Source of the DNA: an uncultured Alphaproteobacteria bacterium
GTDB lineage: Bacteria > Pseudomonadota > Alphaproteobacteria > Methylaequorales > Methylaequoraceae
Length of the DNA: 64,000 bases
Assembly: GCA_902613995.1 (NCBI GenBank)
Contig: CACMJG010000002.1
Location: 74,922 to 138,921, forward strand
Direction of reading: 5' to 3'
Shown one piece after another: positions 42,993 through 55,221 of the stretch. Within the stretch, counting starts at the first letter, position 1, and every line of letters begins with the position of its first letter. A model generated the notes under the pieces. That model did not search any database and was not told where the DNA came from. It was given only the letters and a program-made list of their open reading frames with translations. The translations under genes were made by a program, and so were the position numbers.

Positions 42993-43937
42993 TTAGCTTA
43001 ATTTTAACATTGTATTTAAAGGTTTTTTTGCCTTCAAAATTAATTCGTTATCAATGTTAATTTCTGGTGACAAGTTTAGTAAACAATCTCTAAGTTTTTC
43101 TAAAGTATTAAGTTCCATGTAAGGACAATTGGAACAAGAGCATTTTCCATCATTGCCTGGAGCTATTAAGAATTCTTTGTTAGGCTCATTTTTTTTCATC
43201 TGATGGATAATATGAGGTTCTGTTGCAACTATAAATCTTTTACTTTCGTTCGTTGAAATAAATCTGAGCAGGGAAGAGGTTGAACCAATAAAATCAGCAT
43301 GATTAAGAATATTTTCAGGACATTCTGGATGGGCTATAATTTTTACACCATCTGTTCTAACTTTCATTTTGATTAATTCTCTTTCAGAAAATGTTTCGTG
43401 AACTATACAAGTGCCGTTCCATAGAACCATATTTCGTCCAGTAATCTTGTTGAGGTATCCTCCAAGATGTTTGTCTGGAGCAAAAATAATCTTTTGTTTA
43501 ACAGGTATGCTCTCTATAATTTTTCCAGCATTAGATGATGTTACAATTATATCTGATTCAGCTTTTATTTCTGCAGAACAATTTATATATGATAATACAA
43601 TGTGATTTGGATATTTTTTTTTGAATAATCGAAATTCATTCACTTGACAAGATTCTTCTAAAGAACAACCTGCATTGATATCTGGAAGAATAACTTTCTT
43701 ATGAGGACTTAATATCTTAGCTACTTCAGCCATAAATCTAACTCCACAAAAAACGATTACATCAGCATCATTTTTTTGAGCTTTTTTTGATAGATCAAGA
43801 GAGTCACCAATAAAATCAGCTATATCCTGTATATCTTCATCTTGATAAAAATGGGAAAGAATGATGGCATTATTTTTCTTTTTTAAGAAATTTATTTCAT
43901 CTTCAATATTTTTAAAATTTTGTTTTAAAGATTCCAT
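42993..43937 (-). CDS. nadA: Quinolinate synthase A.
   Basis: Three-repeat NadA fold with conserved Cys ligands (CxxH...C...CSCSNC). Confidence 0.85.
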   Translation of the reverse strand: MESLKQNFKNIEDEINFLKKKNNAIILSHFYQDEDIQDIADFIGDSLDLSKKAQKNDADVIVFCGVRFMAEVAKILSPHKKVILPDINAGCSLEESCQVNEFRLFKKKYPNHIVLSYINCSAEIKAESDIIVTSSNAGKIIESIPVKQKIIFAPDKHLGGYLNKITGRNMVLWNGTCIVHETFSERELIKMKVRTDGVKIIAHPECPENILNHADFIGSTSSLLRFISTNESKRFIVATEPHIIHQMKKNEPNKEFLIAPGNDGKCSCSNCPYMELNTLEKLRDCLLNLSPEINIDNELILKAKKPLNTMLKLS

Positions 43938-43944
43938 TAATTTA

Positions 43945-45078
43945 CTAATTAGTCGTTAAATTGTTATTAATATATTTATTAGTTCCCATTTCTTTAAGCC
44001 TAGATATAGTTCTTTTAAATTCAGAGGAATTTGTATTTCCTATGTATAATTCATCTAATCCTACATTGGAAGAGATAGAAAGTATATTTTTATTCTCATA
44101 CAAAACGTCAATAAAAGAAATGAACCTTGCTAAAATATTTTTTTTACTTTCATCTATTTGTCTGATATTTCTGAGTACAATGATTTTAATCTTTTTTGCT
44201 ATTAAATTATAATCTTGAAACTCTAGATTTTTTTCAAAAAAATTATCAAATTCTAAATCTATCAGATTTCCATAAACTTTTGTTAATTTAAAAGAATTTC
44301 CTTTTCGGTTAAATTCAATCTGTTTTGATGATTTTTCACTCGAAAATTCACTAACGATGTAATTTTGTTTTATAATTTTATTTTTTTTTTTTATTAGAAA
44401 AAAATCATGATCTATAGCCTTTCCAGCTCTGTAGTCATTTCTTGATTTTACTTTGAAAATTAAAAAAAAAGCTTTTAATTCATTTTTTATTTTTTCACAT
44501 AATTTAGGGTTAACAAGGTCATTGTAGACTGTTTCAAAGCTTTTATTTCCATTCATAATAATTTTAGTATTATACAACTTAATTTCTTCTAAAAATTTTC
44601 TGAATAAAATAAAACTAGTAAGATTATTTATGAAGAACTCGTCTATTAATATTAGCTTTTTTTTTTTAATATTTTTTAGGTAACTTAAGTTTTTCTCGCT
44701 TCTCGACTGAAGTTTAAAAATTAGATCATTGAAGTGCAATATCACTGATTGAGGATATATTTTTTTTAAAGCCTTAATAATTACTGATTTTCCTACCCCA
44801 ACCGAGCCATGAATATATAAACCGTTTTTTGTGTTTTTTTTTAATGTAAGAAGTCTAGGTTTTGAAAAATCAGAGATAAACTCTTGAATTTTTGATACGA
44901 CATCTAGCTGACAAGAATTTGGATGTATTTTAGTTACGTTTGTTAAATGTGATATAAGTTTAGAACTTAGATTTTTCAAAGTTATGATGAAACTTGAAGC
45001 TTTTTTATTTCTGAGATAGCTTTTGCGGGATTCAGATTTTTGGGACAAGTTTTTGTGCAATTCATAATTGTATGACAT
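43945..45078 (-). CDS. zapE: ZapE/AFG1-family ATPase.
   Basis: Walker A GSVGVGKS, and Walker B region [18 protein letters not shown] matching the ZapE DEFxVxDIxDAMxL motif. The 5' end is uncertain. ATG 45078 overlaps the sdhB 3' end by 97 nt. An in-frame TTG at 44979 would give a 2-nt gap instead. Confidence 0.6.
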   Translation of the reverse strand: MSYNYELHKNLSQKSESRKSYLRNKKASSFIITLKNLSSKLISHLTNVTKIHPNSCQLDVVSKIQEFISDFSKPRLLTLKKNTKNGLYIHGSVGVGKSVIIKALKKIYPQSVILHFNDLIFKLQSRSEKNLSYLKNIKKKKLILIDEFFINNLTSFILFRKFLEEIKLYNTKIIMNGNKSFETVYNDLVNPKLCEKIKNELKAFFLIFKVKSRNDYRAGKAIDHDFFLIKKKNKIIKQNYIVSEFSSEKSSKQIEFNRKGNSFKLTKVYGNLIDLEFDNFFEKNLEFQDYNLIAKKIKIIVLRNIRQIDESKKNILARFISFIDVLYENKNILSISSNVGLDELYIGNTNSSEFKRTISRLKEMGTNKYINNNLTTN

Positions 45079-45740
45079 CTATAAAGTTTAAATTTATCTT
45101 TAAGTTCATTAAGCCTTTGTTTTTTATTTTTGTCTCTACTATCTACAATAAATCTATAGGCTTGAAGCAATATAGCTGGACCTAGAAATTTGTCTCCGTT
45201 CCACCAGTAGCTTGGACAAGATGTTGAGCAACAAGCACATAGTACACATTCATACAATCCATCTAGTTTTTTTCGGTCTTCGGGAGATTGCAAATTTTCT
45301 TTTTTTGAAGTTGTTTTATTTTTAAGCCATGGTTGGATAGACTCATATTGTTTATAAAAGTCACTCATGTCTGGGATTAAATCTTTTAGTACTCTCATAT
45401 GTGGCAGAGGGTAAATATTAATTTCTTTACCAACAATTGGTTTCAAACAAGCTAGAGTATTTGTGCCATTTACGTTCATTGAACATGATCCGCATATACC
45501 CTCCCTGCATGATCTCCTAAATGTAAGTGATGGATCTATCTTGTTTTTTATGAACATAAGAGCGTCTAAAACCATTGGTCCTAACTTTGATTTATCTATA
45601 AAAAATTTATCTAATCTTGGGTTGTCGCCAGATTCTCTGTTCCATCTATAAACATTGAATACGATTTTATTTTTTCCGTCTTTTCCGAAAGTTTTTCCTT
45701 CTAAAACCTTGGAGTGTTTAGGTAAAGATAATTGAACCAT
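44982..45740 (-). CDS. sdhB: Succinate dehydrogenase iron-sulfur subunit.
   Basis: 2Fe-2S cluster CREGICGSC and the 4Fe-4S/3Fe-4S Cys clusters ([12 protein letters not shown]; [12 protein letters not shown]). Confidence 0.95.
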   Translation of the reverse strand: MVQLSLPKHSKVLEGKTFGKDGKNKIVFNVYRWNRESGDNPRLDKFFIDKSKLGPMVLDALMFIKNKIDPSLTFRRSCREGICGSCSMNVNGTNTLACLKPIVGKEINIYPLPHMRVLKDLIPDMSDFYKQYESIQPWLKNKTTSKKENLQSPEDRKKLDGLYECVLCACCSTSCPSYWWNGDKFLGPAILLQAYRFIVDSRDKNKKQRLNELKDKFKLYRCHTIMNCTKTCPKNLNPAKAISEIKKLQVSS

Positions 45741-45749
45741 ATATATAAA

Positions 45750-47531
45750 TTAATAAACTCTTGCTTTTGGTTCAATAGTTTTTATTTCTTTTGAGTTAGT
45801 CTTAAGATTAACCTTTCTGAATCTAGTCTCTGTTTTTCCGTCTTTCTTAGCCCAAATTAGAGAGTGTTTAAGCCATTTTTTGTCGTCTCTTTTAGAATAA
45901 TCTATTCTTGAATGGGCCCCCCTACTTTCTTTTCTATTTAAAGCACTCTCTACGCTTACAATTGCTTGAGATAATAGATTTTTTAATTCAAGGGCCTCTA
46001 TAACTTCAGTATTCCATATTAAGCTTTGATCATTAATTTTTATACTTTTAAAATCGTTTAAAAGGGATAATAGTTTACTTTTGCCTTCTAGCATTTTTTC
46101 TTCAGACCTGTATACAGGACAAAAGTTTTGCATAGTATGTTGCATTTCAAGTCTTATTGAAGCAACACTCTTTTTTCCATTAGAATTCCTAATATTTTCG
46201 AAGTTTTCTATTAATTTATTAACTGCATGATCTTTTATCTCAGGATTTTTCTTTTTCCTATCAATTATACTTTTGCATCTGTTGGCTGCTGACTTTCCGA
46301 ACACAACTAAATCCAGTAGAGAGTTAGACCCCAATCTATTAGCTCCGTGGACTGATACACATGCGGCTTCTCCAATCGACATCAACCCAGGCACAACTAC
46401 TTCGTTATCTTTTGAGTCCAAATTTAGTACTTCTCCATGAATATTAGTTGGAATTCCTCCCATATTATAATGTACTGTAGGTTGAACAGGAATTGGTTTC
46501 TTTCGTACATCGACGCCGGCAAAAATTTTTGCTGATTCTGTAATTCCGGGGAGCTTTTCTTGAAGGACCTTAGGGTCGAGATGATGTAAATTTAGATGAA
46601 TATGATCTTTTCTAGGACCACAACCTCTTCCTTCCATTATTTCTGTTGTCATAGATCGAGATACAACATCTCTACTGGCTAGATCTTTAGCATTTGGAGC
46701 ATATCTTTCCATAAACCTCTCTCCAGCACTATTTGTCAAATACCCCCCTTCTCCTCTAGCACCCTCTGTTATCAAAACACCAACACCATATATTCCTGTT
46801 GGGTGAAATTGTGTAAATTCCATATCTTGAAGTGGCAAGCCTGCTCTAAGAACCATCCCACCTCCGTCTCCAGTGCAGGTGTGAGCTGAAGTACATGAAA
46901 AATAGGCTCTTCCATAGCCTCCGGTTGCTAAAATTACCATTTTAGCTGAAAAAATATAAAACTCTCCATCATGCAAATTAAACGTGAGCACCCCACAGCA
47001 TTCATTTTTGTCGTTCATAATTAGATCTATTGCAAAATATTCGATAAAAAAATTGGCATTATTTGAAAGGGATTGTTGATATAAAGTATGAAGCATTGCA
47101 TGACCCGTTCTATCTGCAGCTGCACATGTTCTCTGCGCAATACCCTCTCCAAAATGAGTTGTCATTCCACCAAATGGCCTTTGGTAGATTTTCCCCTTTT
47201 CTGTTCTGGAAAATGGGACACCAAAGTGCTCAAGTTCAATCACGGCCTCTGGTGCTTCTTTACACATAAAAGCAATTGCATCTTGATCACCTAGCCAGTC
47301 CGAACCTTTCACAGTATCATACATATGCCATTTCCAGTCATCCTCACCCATATTACCAAGTGCAGCACTTATTCCTCCCTGAGCGGCAACTGTATGACTT
47401 CTTGTTGGAAAAACTTTTGATACACAAGCAGTTTTCAATCCATGAGACGCACATCCCATAACCGCTCTTAGTCCAGAGCCCCCTGCGCCGACTACAACAA
47501 CATCAAAATTATGTGTTTTAATATTATTCAT
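45750..47531 (-). CDS. sdhA: Succinate dehydrogenase flavoprotein subunit.
   Basis: [18 protein letters not shown] motif, the covalent-FAD His region [10 protein letters not shown] and 593-aa length. Confidence 0.97.
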   Translation of the reverse strand: MNNIKTHNFDVVVVGAGGSGLRAVMGCASHGLKTACVSKVFPTRSHTVAAQGGISAALGNMGEDDWKWHMYDTVKGSDWLGDQDAIAFMCKEAPEAVIELEHFGVPFSRTEKGKIYQRPFGGMTTHFGEGIAQRTCAAADRTGHAMLHTLYQQSLSNNANFFIEYFAIDLIMNDKNECCGVLTFNLHDGEFYIFSAKMVILATGGYGRAYFSCTSAHTCTGDGGGMVLRAGLPLQDMEFTQFHPTGIYGVGVLITEGARGEGGYLTNSAGERFMERYAPNAKDLASRDVVSRSMTTEIMEGRGCGPRKDHIHLNLHHLDPKVLQEKLPGITESAKIFAGVDVRKKPIPVQPTVHYNMGGIPTNIHGEVLNLDSKDNEVVVPGLMSIGEAACVSVHGANRLGSNSLLDLVVFGKSAANRCKSIIDRKKKNPEIKDHAVNKLIENFENIRNSNGKKSVASIRLEMQHTMQNFCPVYRSEEKMLEGKSKLLSLLNDFKSIKINDQSLIWNTEVIEALELKNLLSQAIVSVESALNRKESRGAHSRIDYSKRDDKKWLKHSLIWAKKDGKTETRFRKVNLKTNSKEIKTIEPKARVY

Positions 47532-47863
47532 AAATTTAATTTTACTAAACTAAATATTGTTATAAAAAAAAGAACTACAAAGAAAAAGTTTTTAATTAAA
47601 ATTATTTTTTGTTTTAAGGATTCCTCATGAATATAATCATCTATTATTGACGAGAGCCCAATATTTGAATGCAGTATAATTGCAGAAAGCATTACTAAAA
47701 TCGAAAATGAATTTAAATAGTTTTTGAACCATCCCCTTATCACGTCATAGTTTTGAAGTTCTAGACCATATAAAGAATAGACTGTATAAAAGGATGCAAT
47801 TAAAAACAAAATTGCAAAAATTTTTTGAAATAACCATTTTGATGTGTAAGTAAAATTCATCAA
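47528..47863 (-). CDS. sdhD: Succinate dehydrogenase hydrophobic membrane anchor.
   Basis: 111-aa product with 3 TM helices. It is overlap-coupled between sdhC and sdhA. Confidence 0.8.
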   Translation of the reverse strand: MMNFTYTSKWLFQKIFAILFLIASFYTVYSLYGLELQNYDVIRGWFKNYLNSFSILVMLSAIILHSNIGLSSIIDDYIHEESLKQKIILIKNFFFVVLFFITIFSLVKLNL

Positions 47864-48243
47864 AACAGCCCCAGTAACCTAGAAATTAAAATGCTGGAAA
47901 TGATGGAAGTAGCGATAATAAAATATCCAAAAATTGCTGAAGATCTACTTCCAAGAAGAAAACCAAAGTCCCAAATTATATGACGAATACCATTTAAAAA
48001 ATGGTATGAAAAACCTAGAATAGCTAAAAATATTATAATTTTTATTGGAAAAAAAGTAATTAAAGAAATTAATAACTCAAAGTAACTCTCTCCCAAAGTA
48101 ATACAGAGGAGACCAAGTACTAATATTACCAATACAAAGTTCAATGCTACACCAGAAATTCTGTGAGAAATTGAGAGCAAAGAAGTAATTTGAGGTTTGT
48201 AAATTTGCAGATGAGGTGAAAGAGGGAGGTCTTGTTTTTTCAT
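47860..48243 (-). CDS. sdhC: Succinate dehydrogenase cytochrome b556 subunit.
   Basis: RPLSPHLQIYKPQITSLLSISHRISG is the canonical SdhC N-terminus. Confidence 0.9.
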   Translation of the reverse strand: MKKQDLPLSPHLQIYKPQITSLLSISHRISGVALNFVLVILVLGLLCITLGESYFELLISLITFFPIKIIIFLAILGFSYHFLNGIRHIIWDFGFLLGSRSSAIFGYFIIATSIISSILISRLLGLF

Positions 48244-49280
48244 TTTATAGGTATTAAAACAGAATATTCTAAGTCAAGGACTATATTATCAGTGAGGTTT
48301 TTTTTGTCTGGAAAATTCATTTTTGAATCGTTTTTTGATGCTAAAGTTCGGATCATCATCGCACCAACATTTTTATGGATAATTTCTTTCTCCAAAATCT
48401 TTGACCAAGCGTATATGGTATCACCAGCAAAGGTTGGAGCGGAATGCTTTCCTGAATGAATTGCTGCCAGCTTGAAAGTATTTGCAAGACCATTACAACT
48501 AATCGCTCTTGCAAGAGATATTATATAACCACCATATATTATTCTTTTTCCAAATCTTCCAGATTTTTCAATATGCTGATTGAAATGAACTCTCGCATTA
48601 TTTTGATAAAGACGAGTAGCTAATTGATGTTCTGCTTCCTCAATTGTCTGACCATCCAGATGATGTATTTCTTCTTCTTCTGCATAGTCATTAAAATAAA
48701 AACTACTTCCAGACACTGAAGATGACCATTTATCAATGTCAAAATTTTCAATGAGATTAAAATCTTTAGTTTTAACTTTATCTGGTAGATTAGGAACAGT
48801 ATTTTGGAATGATTTTATCATACCTTCATTTCTTTTCCTCATCATAAGCCATCTGTTATAAGTTAGAACAATCTCATCATTTTGATTTTTACCTGTTGAT
48901 TCTACATAAACAGTTCCAGTTTTTCCATTTGAATTTTCTTTTAATCCAATAATTTTGGAGCTTGCATTTAAAGTGTCCCCTACAAAAACAGGCTTATGAA
49001 ATTTAACACCAGCGTAACCTAAATTTGCTATCGCATTCAAAGATAAATCAGGGACTGTTCTTCCAAAAACCATATGAAACAATAAAATATCATCTATTGG
49101 GATTTTTTTAAGTCCTAAAGTTTTTGAAAATTCAGCAGAATAATTCAAAGGAAATCTGCTACCCGTTGTACTAAGATATATTGCAACATCACCATCCGTA
49201 ATCGTTCGGGGAACACTGTGATTAATTTCTTCATTTAATTTATAATCTTCGAAATATCTGCTTTTAAAGTTTTTTTTCAT
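48240..49280 (-). CDS. mch: MaoC-like double hot-dog acyl-CoA hydratase. It is a candidate mesaconyl-CoA (2-methylfumaryl-CoA) hydratase.
   Basis: 346-aa product with two MaoC/hot-dog halves: HSVPRTITDGDVAIYLSTTGSRF...IGLKENSNGKTGTVYVESTG, then a second domain. The size and architecture match Mch of the ethylmalonyl-CoA pathway. A 4-nt overlap with sdhC suggests co-transcription with sdhCDAB. Confidence 0.5.
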   Translation of the reverse strand: MKKNFKSRYFEDYKLNEEINHSVPRTITDGDVAIYLSTTGSRFPLNYSAEFSKTLGLKKIPIDDILLFHMVFGRTVPDLSLNAIANLGYAGVKFHKPVFVGDTLNASSKIIGLKENSNGKTGTVYVESTGKNQNDEIVLTYNRWLMMRKRNEGMIKSFQNTVPNLPDKVKTKDFNLIENFDIDKWSSSVSGSSFYFNDYAEEEEIHHLDGQTIEEAEHQLATRLYQNNARVHFNQHIEKSGRFGKRIIYGGYIISLARAISCNGLANTFKLAAIHSGKHSAPTFAGDTIYAWSKILEKEIIHKNVGAMMIRTLASKNDSKMNFPDKKNLTDNIVLDLEYSVLIPIK

Positions 49281-49282
49281 TT

Positions 49283-50296
49283 CTATTTCATTTTATTTTT
49301 AATAATTAACTCCGCAATTTGAACTGTATTTAAAGCAGCACCCTTCCTTAAATTATCTGCAACAACCCATAAGCCAATTGTTTTTTTATTTGCTCCTAAT
49401 CTTAATCTACTTATAAACACGTCATCCTCTCCAGCTGACTCGTCAGGAGTTACATATCCTCCGTCTATTTTTTTATCAACCAGAGATAAGCCAGGAAACT
49501 TTTTAATATTAGATATAAGTTTTTTAAGATCAATTGTTTTTTCTGTTTCTAAATAAATGGCTTCGCCGTGACCAACGAAAACTGGAACTCTGACACAAGT
49601 TGAGAAGATCTCAAATTTATCATTAAAAATTTTTTGAGTTTCTTCGATCATTTTTTTTTCTTCCTTTGTTGAACCGTCATCTAAAAATTCGTCGATATGT
49701 GGAATTAAATTAAATGCAATTTTTTTTGTAAAATTTTTGGCAACAAGTGGTTTATTTTTATACACATCAAGAGTTTGGTGAAAAAGTTCATCCATTGCAG
49801 ATTTTCCTGCTCCAGAGGTTGACTGGTAAGTCGCAACTATAATTTTTTTTATTTTAAAAAGATCATGTATTGGCTTGAGTGCCATAACCATCTGAATTGT
49901 CGAGCAATTTGGATTGGAAACAATTTTTTTTTTTAAGTCAAGTATATCCTTCGGATTTACTTCTGGAACAATTAAGGGTATTCCTTTTTTCATTCTAAAA
50001 TGAGACGTATTGTCGACAACAATAGCACCATCTCTGGTTGCTTTAGGCACAAACTTTGCTGAAATTTTGGAACCAGGTGACGACAAAACTAATTCTGTTT
50101 CTTTAAATTTAAATTTATCAAGTGACTGCACCTCTAACTCTTTTCCATTTCCATAAGGTATTTTTAATCCCTCAGATCTTGAAGACGCAACTGCAAAGAT
50201 TTTATTAATGGGGAAATTTCTATCGTCTAGAATATTGAGTATTTCTCTCCCAACATTTCCAGTTGCCCCGACAACTGCAACATTGTATTTTTTCAT
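49283..50296 (-). CDS. asd: Aspartate-semialdehyde dehydrogenase.
   Basis: [16 protein letters not shown] and the active-site NCSTIQ region. Confidence 0.9.
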   Translation of the reverse strand: MKKYNVAVVGATGNVGREILNILDDRNFPINKIFAVASSRSEGLKIPYGNGKELEVQSLDKFKFKETELVLSSPGSKISAKFVPKATRDGAIVVDNTSHFRMKKGIPLIVPEVNPKDILDLKKKIVSNPNCSTIQMVMALKPIHDLFKIKKIIVATYQSTSGAGKSAMDELFHQTLDVYKNKPLVAKNFTKKIAFNLIPHIDEFLDDGSTKEEKKMIEETQKIFNDKFEIFSTCVRVPVFVGHGEAIYLETEKTIDLKKLISNIKKFPGLSLVDKKIDGGYVTPDESAGEDDVFISRLRLGANKKTIGLWVVADNLRKGAALNTVQIAELIIKNKMK

Positions 50297-51393
50297 TCTT
50301 TTATTTCCTCCAAGACTTTATCTCCCATTTCGTTAGTTGATAAAAGAATCTTATTTTCACTGTATATATCTTTTGTTCGAAATCCTTTTTCTAAAACTGA
50401 TCTAACTGCATCATTAATCTTTTCTGCAATGACTTTTTGATCCAATGAGTATTCAAACATCATCCCAACACTTAAAATCATTGCCAAAGGATTTGATACG
50501 CCCTGTCCTGAAATATCCGGTGCCGAGCCGTGAACTGGCTCATACATTGCTTTTTTTTGGCCCTTCGAATTGATGCCAATCGAAGCTGACGGCAACATGC
50601 CAAGAGATCCTGTAAGCATGGATGCGCAATCTGATAGTATGTCCCCAAACATGTTAGTTGTAACAATTACATCAAATTGTTTTGGATTTCTTACTAACTG
50701 CATTGAGGCATTATCTACATACATATGCGAAAGTTCAACTTCGGGATATTTTTTGGAAGTTTCTATCATCACTTCCCTCCATAGTTCAGTTGATTCCAGA
50801 ACATTTGCTTTATCGACAGAACATAATTTTTTTGATCTAGACATGGCTGTTTTAAAAGCTACCTCTGCTATTCTCTCAATTTCTTTACTCGTGTATACAA
50901 GCGTATTATATCCCTTGTAGTTTTTATCATCAATTTTTTCAATTCCTCTTGGTTCTCCAAAATATATGCCGCTTGTCAATTCTCTTATAATCAAAATGTC
51001 TAAATCTTTAATTACTTCTGGTTTTAAACTCGATGAATCAATGAGAGGGTCAAATACAATTGCAGGCCTATAATTTGCAAATAAATCTAATTCTTTTCTT
51101 ATCTTCAAAAGACCTCTTTCAGGTCTTTTTTCAAAATCCATTTTTTCCCATTTTGGTCCTCCAACTGCTCCCAATAAAATAGCATCAGATTGTTTAATAC
51201 TTTTTAATGTTTGATCTGACAAAGGAGTTCCGAATTTATCAATTGATGCACCACCAACATATTCTTCAACTAAATTTATGTTAAAAGTTGCGTTGCTGGA
51301 AATCCAATCAATGATCTTTCTTGCTTCTTTTGCAATTTCCTCTCCGATTCCATCACCTGGAAGAATAGAAATATTATAAGAGTCCGTCTGCAT
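50293..51393 (-). CDS. leuB: 3-isopropylmalate dehydrogenase.
   Basis: [15 protein letters not shown]-terminus and [25 protein letters not shown]. Confidence 0.95.
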   Translation of the reverse strand: MQTDSYNISILPGDGIGEEIAKEARKIIDWISSNATFNINLVEEYVGGASIDKFGTPLSDQTLKSIKQSDAILLGAVGGPKWEKMDFEKRPERGLLKIRKELDLFANYRPAIVFDPLIDSSSLKPEVIKDLDILIIRELTSGIYFGEPRGIEKIDDKNYKGYNTLVYTSKEIERIAEVAFKTAMSRSKKLCSVDKANVLESTELWREVMIETSKKYPEVELSHMYVDNASMQLVRNPKQFDVIVTTNMFGDILSDCASMLTGSLGMLPSASIGINSKGQKKAMYEPVHGSAPDISGQGVSNPLAMILSVGMMFEYSLDQKVIAEKINDAVRSVLEKGFRTKDIYSENKILLSTNEMGDKVLEEIKE

Positions 51394-51420
51394 TTTATTT
51401 AAGAATTATTTTTTTTAAGA

Positions 51421-52026
51421 TCAAATCATTAACCATGATCTGGATTTGTTGAGTTTCAGTTCATAATCATCAATTTTTTCAGATTTTTTTAAAGTAAGAG
51501 CAATGTCGTCTAAACCCTCTAAAAGACATTTTTTTCTAAAAGGATCTATATCAAAATTGATATTGATTTCGCTCCCACACGAAATTACTTGTTTAGGCAA
51601 ATCAACGGTGAGTAAATTTTTATTCTCTGCTTGTTTAATTAAAATATCATTTTCAGAATTATTTACTTTTATAGGCAAAATTCCATTTTTAAAGCAATTA
51701 TTAAAGAAAATATCTGCGAAACTAGGGGCTATTATGCATCTAAAACCAAAATCTAACAATGACCAAGGTGCGTGCTCTCTGCTACTCCCACAACCAAAAT
51801 TATCTCCAGTAATTAGTATTTTAGCATTTTTATAAAACTCCCAATTAAGTACAAAATCATTTTTTAAATTGCCGTTAATGTCATACCTGAGTTCATGAAA
51901 TAGATTTTTACCTAAACCTGATCTTTTAATAGTTTTGAGAAACTGTTTTGGAATAATCATATCTGTATCAACATTAATCATTGGAAGTGGGGCTGCAATT
52001 GCCTTTATTTTATCAAATTTTTTCAC
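51421..52026 (-). CDS. leuD: 3-isopropylmalate dehydratase small subunit.
   Basis: 201-aa product with [15 protein letters not shown]. Confidence 0.95.
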   Translation of the reverse strand: MKKFDKIKAIAAPLPMINVDTDMIIPKQFLKTIKRSGLGKNLFHELRYDINGNLKNDFVLNWEFYKNAKILITGDNFGCGSSREHAPWSLLDFGFRCIIAPSFADIFFNNCFKNGILPIKVNNSENDILIKQAENKNLLTVDLPKQVISCGSEININFDIDPFRKKCLLEGLDDIALTLKKSEKIDDYELKLNKSRSWLMI

Positions 52027-53421
52027 TTATATATCTTCTACCAAGCTCAACTTACCCTTGAGTGCCGTGGCAGCTGCTACAGCCGGACTAACAAGATGAG
52101 TTCTGCCCTCTCTACCTTGCCTTCCTTCAAAATTTCTGTTTGATGTTGAGGCACACCTTTCTTTTGGTTTAAGTTGATCGGGGTTCATAGCAAGACACAT
52201 CGAGCACCCTGGTTCCCTCCAGTCAAAGCCAGCATCTTTAAGGATCTTATCGATACCTTCTTGTTCTGCTTGTTGTTTAACAAGTCCAGAGCCAGGAACA
52301 ATCATAGAGTTGACAATTACTTTTTTACCTTCAACAACTTTCGCAACTTCTCTTAGATCCTCTATTCTTCCATTAGTACATGATCCTATAAACACTCTGT
52401 CAATTTCAATGTCTTTAATCTTTTGATTAGGGGTTAGCCCCATGTAATCTAGAGATCTTTGCACAGCGCCTCGTCTTTTGGAATCTGAAATTTTTTTTGG
52501 GTCAGGAGTTTTGCCATTTATCGAAACAACGTCTTGTGGACTGGTTCCCCAAGTAACCTGAGGTTCTATAGAACTTGCTTTGATTTTTACTTCCTTGTCA
52601 TACATTGCATCCGGTTCTGATGTGAGACTTTTCCAATATTTGATAGCTTTAGTCCAGTTCTCTGCTGTCGGAGCGTATGGTCTACCTTTTATATATTCAA
52701 ATGTTTTCTCATCCGGAGCAATTAGCCCAGCTCTCGCACCAGCCTCAATGCTCATATTGCAAATGGTCATTCTGCCTTCCATTGTGAGTTTTGAAATGGC
52801 TTCGCCAGAGTATTCAATTACAAAGCCAGTCCCGCCAGCAGTTCCAATTTCTCCAATTATTTTCAAAATGATGTCCTTGGAAGTAATGCTAGGGCTCACA
52901 TTTCCAGTAACGCTGATTCGCATATTTTTTGCTGGTTTTTGTATCAATGTTTGAGTTGCTAAAACGTGCTCAACTTCGCTTGTTCCAATACCGAATGCCA
53001 GAGCTCCAAATGCCCCGTGCGTCGCAGTATGACTATCACCACAAACAATTGTCATGCCGGGTTGCGTTATTCCTTGTTCGGGACCAACTATATGAACAAT
53101 CCCTTGTCGCTTATCCATTAAAGGAAAAAAGTTAACCTTGAATTCTTGGCAGTTTTTCTCTAAGGTTTCAACTTGAATTCTACTTTCTTTGTTCTTTATC
53201 CCCTTGGATCTATCACTTGTAGGTACATTATGATCAGCAACAGCAAAGGTATGACTTGGTTTTCTCACAACTCTGCCATTATTTCTTAGTCCCTCGAAGG
53301 CTTGCGGGCTAGTGACTTCATGAACAAGATGTCTATCAATGTAAATAAGGCATGTTCCGTCATCTTGTTTTTCAACTAAATGACTGTCCCAAATTTTATC
53401 AAATAGTGTTTTAGGTTTCAT
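52027..53421 (-). CDS. leuC: 3-isopropylmalate dehydratase large subunit.
   Basis: [13 protein letters not shown]-terminus and aconitase-family Cys ligands. Confidence 0.95.
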   Translation of the reverse strand: MKPKTLFDKIWDSHLVEKQDDGTCLIYIDRHLVHEVTSPQAFEGLRNNGRVVRKPSHTFAVADHNVPTSDRSKGIKNKESRIQVETLEKNCQEFKVNFFPLMDKRQGIVHIVGPEQGITQPGMTIVCGDSHTATHGAFGALAFGIGTSEVEHVLATQTLIQKPAKNMRISVTGNVSPSITSKDIILKIIGEIGTAGGTGFVIEYSGEAISKLTMEGRMTICNMSIEAGARAGLIAPDEKTFEYIKGRPYAPTAENWTKAIKYWKSLTSEPDAMYDKEVKIKASSIEPQVTWGTSPQDVVSINGKTPDPKKISDSKRRGAVQRSLDYMGLTPNQKIKDIEIDRVFIGSCTNGRIEDLREVAKVVEGKKVIVNSMIVPGSGLVKQQAEQEGIDKILKDAGFDWREPGCSMCLAMNPDQLKPKERCASTSNRNFEGRQGREGRTHLVSPAVAAATALKGKLSLVEDI

Positions 53422-53458
53422 ACAATAAATATATAACCCATTAAAAGTCTAAAAAGTA

Positions 53459-53974
53459 TTATTTTTTTTCATCAACTTTTTCTTTTTCTTCTGCAGAAAT
53501 ATTGGTGTCATTAACAATATCCTTCGTCGCCTTATTATCATCTGATACTTTATTTGAGTTAGATTGTTTAGGAGAGGTATTATTATTTTTTTCTAACTCT
53601 TTATTTAAAGGAGTTGCAACGTTTTTTTCAGCTATCCTGGCTGATTTACCACTTCTTTTTCTAAGATAGTACAGTTTTGACCTTCTTACACTACCAACCT
53701 TCACTACTTCAATCTTATTTATTTGGGGTGAAAACAGTGGAAGTATTCTCTCAATACCTTCACCATAAGATATTTTTCTTACCGTGAATGAAGAATTTAG
53801 ACCAGCATTTTTCTTGGAAATACAAACACCCTCGAAAACTTGAATTCTTTCCTTTTCGCCTTCTTTAACCTTCAAGTGAACTTTAATTGTATCACCAGAG
53901 CTAAATTTGGGTAATTTATTGTCTGATTGTAATTCTTTTAAATGTTCTTTTTCAAATTTTTCAAGTGTGTTCAT
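53459..53974 (-). CDS. rplS: 50S ribosomal protein L19, with a ~60-aa C-terminal extension.
   Basis: Core [20 protein letters not shown], plus a low-complexity Lys/Asn/Glu-rich tail. Confidence 0.9.
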   Translation of the reverse strand: MNTLEKFEKEHLKELQSDNKLPKFSSGDTIKVHLKVKEGEKERIQVFEGVCISKKNAGLNSSFTVRKISYGEGIERILPLFSPQINKIEVVKVGSVRRSKLYYLRKRSGKSARIAEKNVATPLNKELEKNNNTSPKQSNSNKVSDDNKATKDIVNDTNISAEEKEKVDEKK

Positions 53975-54678
53975 TTTTCCCCCTTATTCTTCTCACAGTA
54001 TAGCTTGTACAAATCTGGTCTTACATTTTTAGTTTTTTCGATTGATTTTATCAACCGCCAATCTGAAATTTTTTTATGGTTTCCACTAAGAAGAACATCT
54101 GGAACATTAAGACCTCTCCAATTGCTTGGTTTGGTATAATGTGGATATTCCAATAAATGGTTTTGAAAACTTTCAAATTTCAAACTATTTTTATTACCTA
54201 ATACTTCAGGAATTAATCTTACGCAAGTATCAATTAAAATAATTGAGGGTATTTCTCCACCAGATAGAATAAAGTCACCGATTGAATATTCTTCTATGGC
54301 ATTATATTTTAAAAATCTCTCATCAATTCCCTCATATCTTCCACATATAATTACTAATTCATCAAACGTAACTAATTTATTGACTACGTCAGTATTTACT
54401 GTCTGGCCCCCTGGAGATAAAAATATAATTTTTTTATTTTTAATATTATCTTTTGTAGCATAATCCAAAGCATTTTGCATAACATCAGGTTTGATTACCA
54501 TTCCTGCTCCTCCGCCGAAGGGTCTTTCGTCTACAGAATTTGATTTATTATCTGAAAAATCTCTGATATTTATTACCTCTATCTCAAATAACTTTTTTGA
54601 TAGTGCTTTTCCTGAAATCGAGTGAGCTAAGGGCCCAGGAAACATTTCAGGAAATAAAGTAAGAATCTTAAATTTCAT
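53971..54678 (-). CDS. trmD: tRNA (guanine37-N1)-methyltransferase.
   Basis: [14 protein letters not shown]-terminus and a SPOUT fold. Confidence 0.95.
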   Translation of the reverse strand: MKFKILTLFPEMFPGPLAHSISGKALSKKLFEIEVINIRDFSDNKSNSVDERPFGGGAGMVIKPDVMQNALDYATKDNIKNKKIIFLSPGGQTVNTDVVNKLVTFDELVIICGRYEGIDERFLKYNAIEEYSIGDFILSGGEIPSIILIDTCVRLIPEVLGNKNSLKFESFQNHLLEYPHYTKPSNWRGLNVPDVLLSGNHKKISDWRLIKSIEKTKNVRPDLYKLYCEKNKGEK

Positions 54679-55162
54679 AATAAGACGGATTTAGAAAAAG
54701 AACTTTTTTTTTAATATCAATTTCTTCAATATGATCATCGTTGAAGGGTACTAATATTTCTTTTTTTTTATCTAATATTTCTAAATAATCACCAGCTCCA
54801 TGATTTTTAACGTTCATGACAACACCTACCTGTTTTTTTTTAATATATGCTTTCATATGCATTAGGTCATTGTAATAAAATTTTTTTTTATCAAGTTTTG
54901 GTAATTCAATTCTATCTATAAAAATCATTCTTCCAGAATATTTTTTAGCCTCTTCTGGATTACTTACAGAATTAATTTTACATAAAATCTTGTTTGATTT
55001 AACTACAAAACTTGCAATAATTTTTTCTTTTCCATCAACATAAAAATTTTTATAATTTACAATATCTTTTTTCACTGTTAAGTAGCTATGAATGATTATT
55101 GCCCCGTCAACGCCATAAGTTTTACCAAATCTTGCAATAATTATTTTTGACTTTAATTTGAT
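54668..55162 (-). CDS. rimM: 16S rRNA processing protein RimM. The N-terminal boundary is uncertain and no canonical start lies upstream of the conserved motif.
   Basis: The track ORF opens at GTG 55075 and covers only the PRC-barrel half. The same frame continues upstream to a TAG at 55181-55183. That stretch encodes HVIKLKSKIIIARFGKTYGVDGAIIIHSYLTV, which is the conserved RimM N-terminal GKxxGxxGEVKV-type motif. No ATG, GTG or TTG precedes it. Confidence 0.65.
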   Translation of the reverse strand: MKLKSKIIIARFGKTYGVDGAIIIHSYLTVKKDIVNYKNFYVDGKEKIIASFVVKSNKILCKINSVSNPEEAKKYSGRMIFIDRIELPKLDKKKFYYNDLMHMKAYIKKKQVGVVMNVKNHGAGDYLEILDKKKEILVPFNDDHIEEIDIKKKVLFLNPSYYEI

Positions 55163-55221
55163 GACGTGTGTTCCTAGATTCTATTATAATTAATAACTAA
55201 AATTAAACGTACATTTAATGG

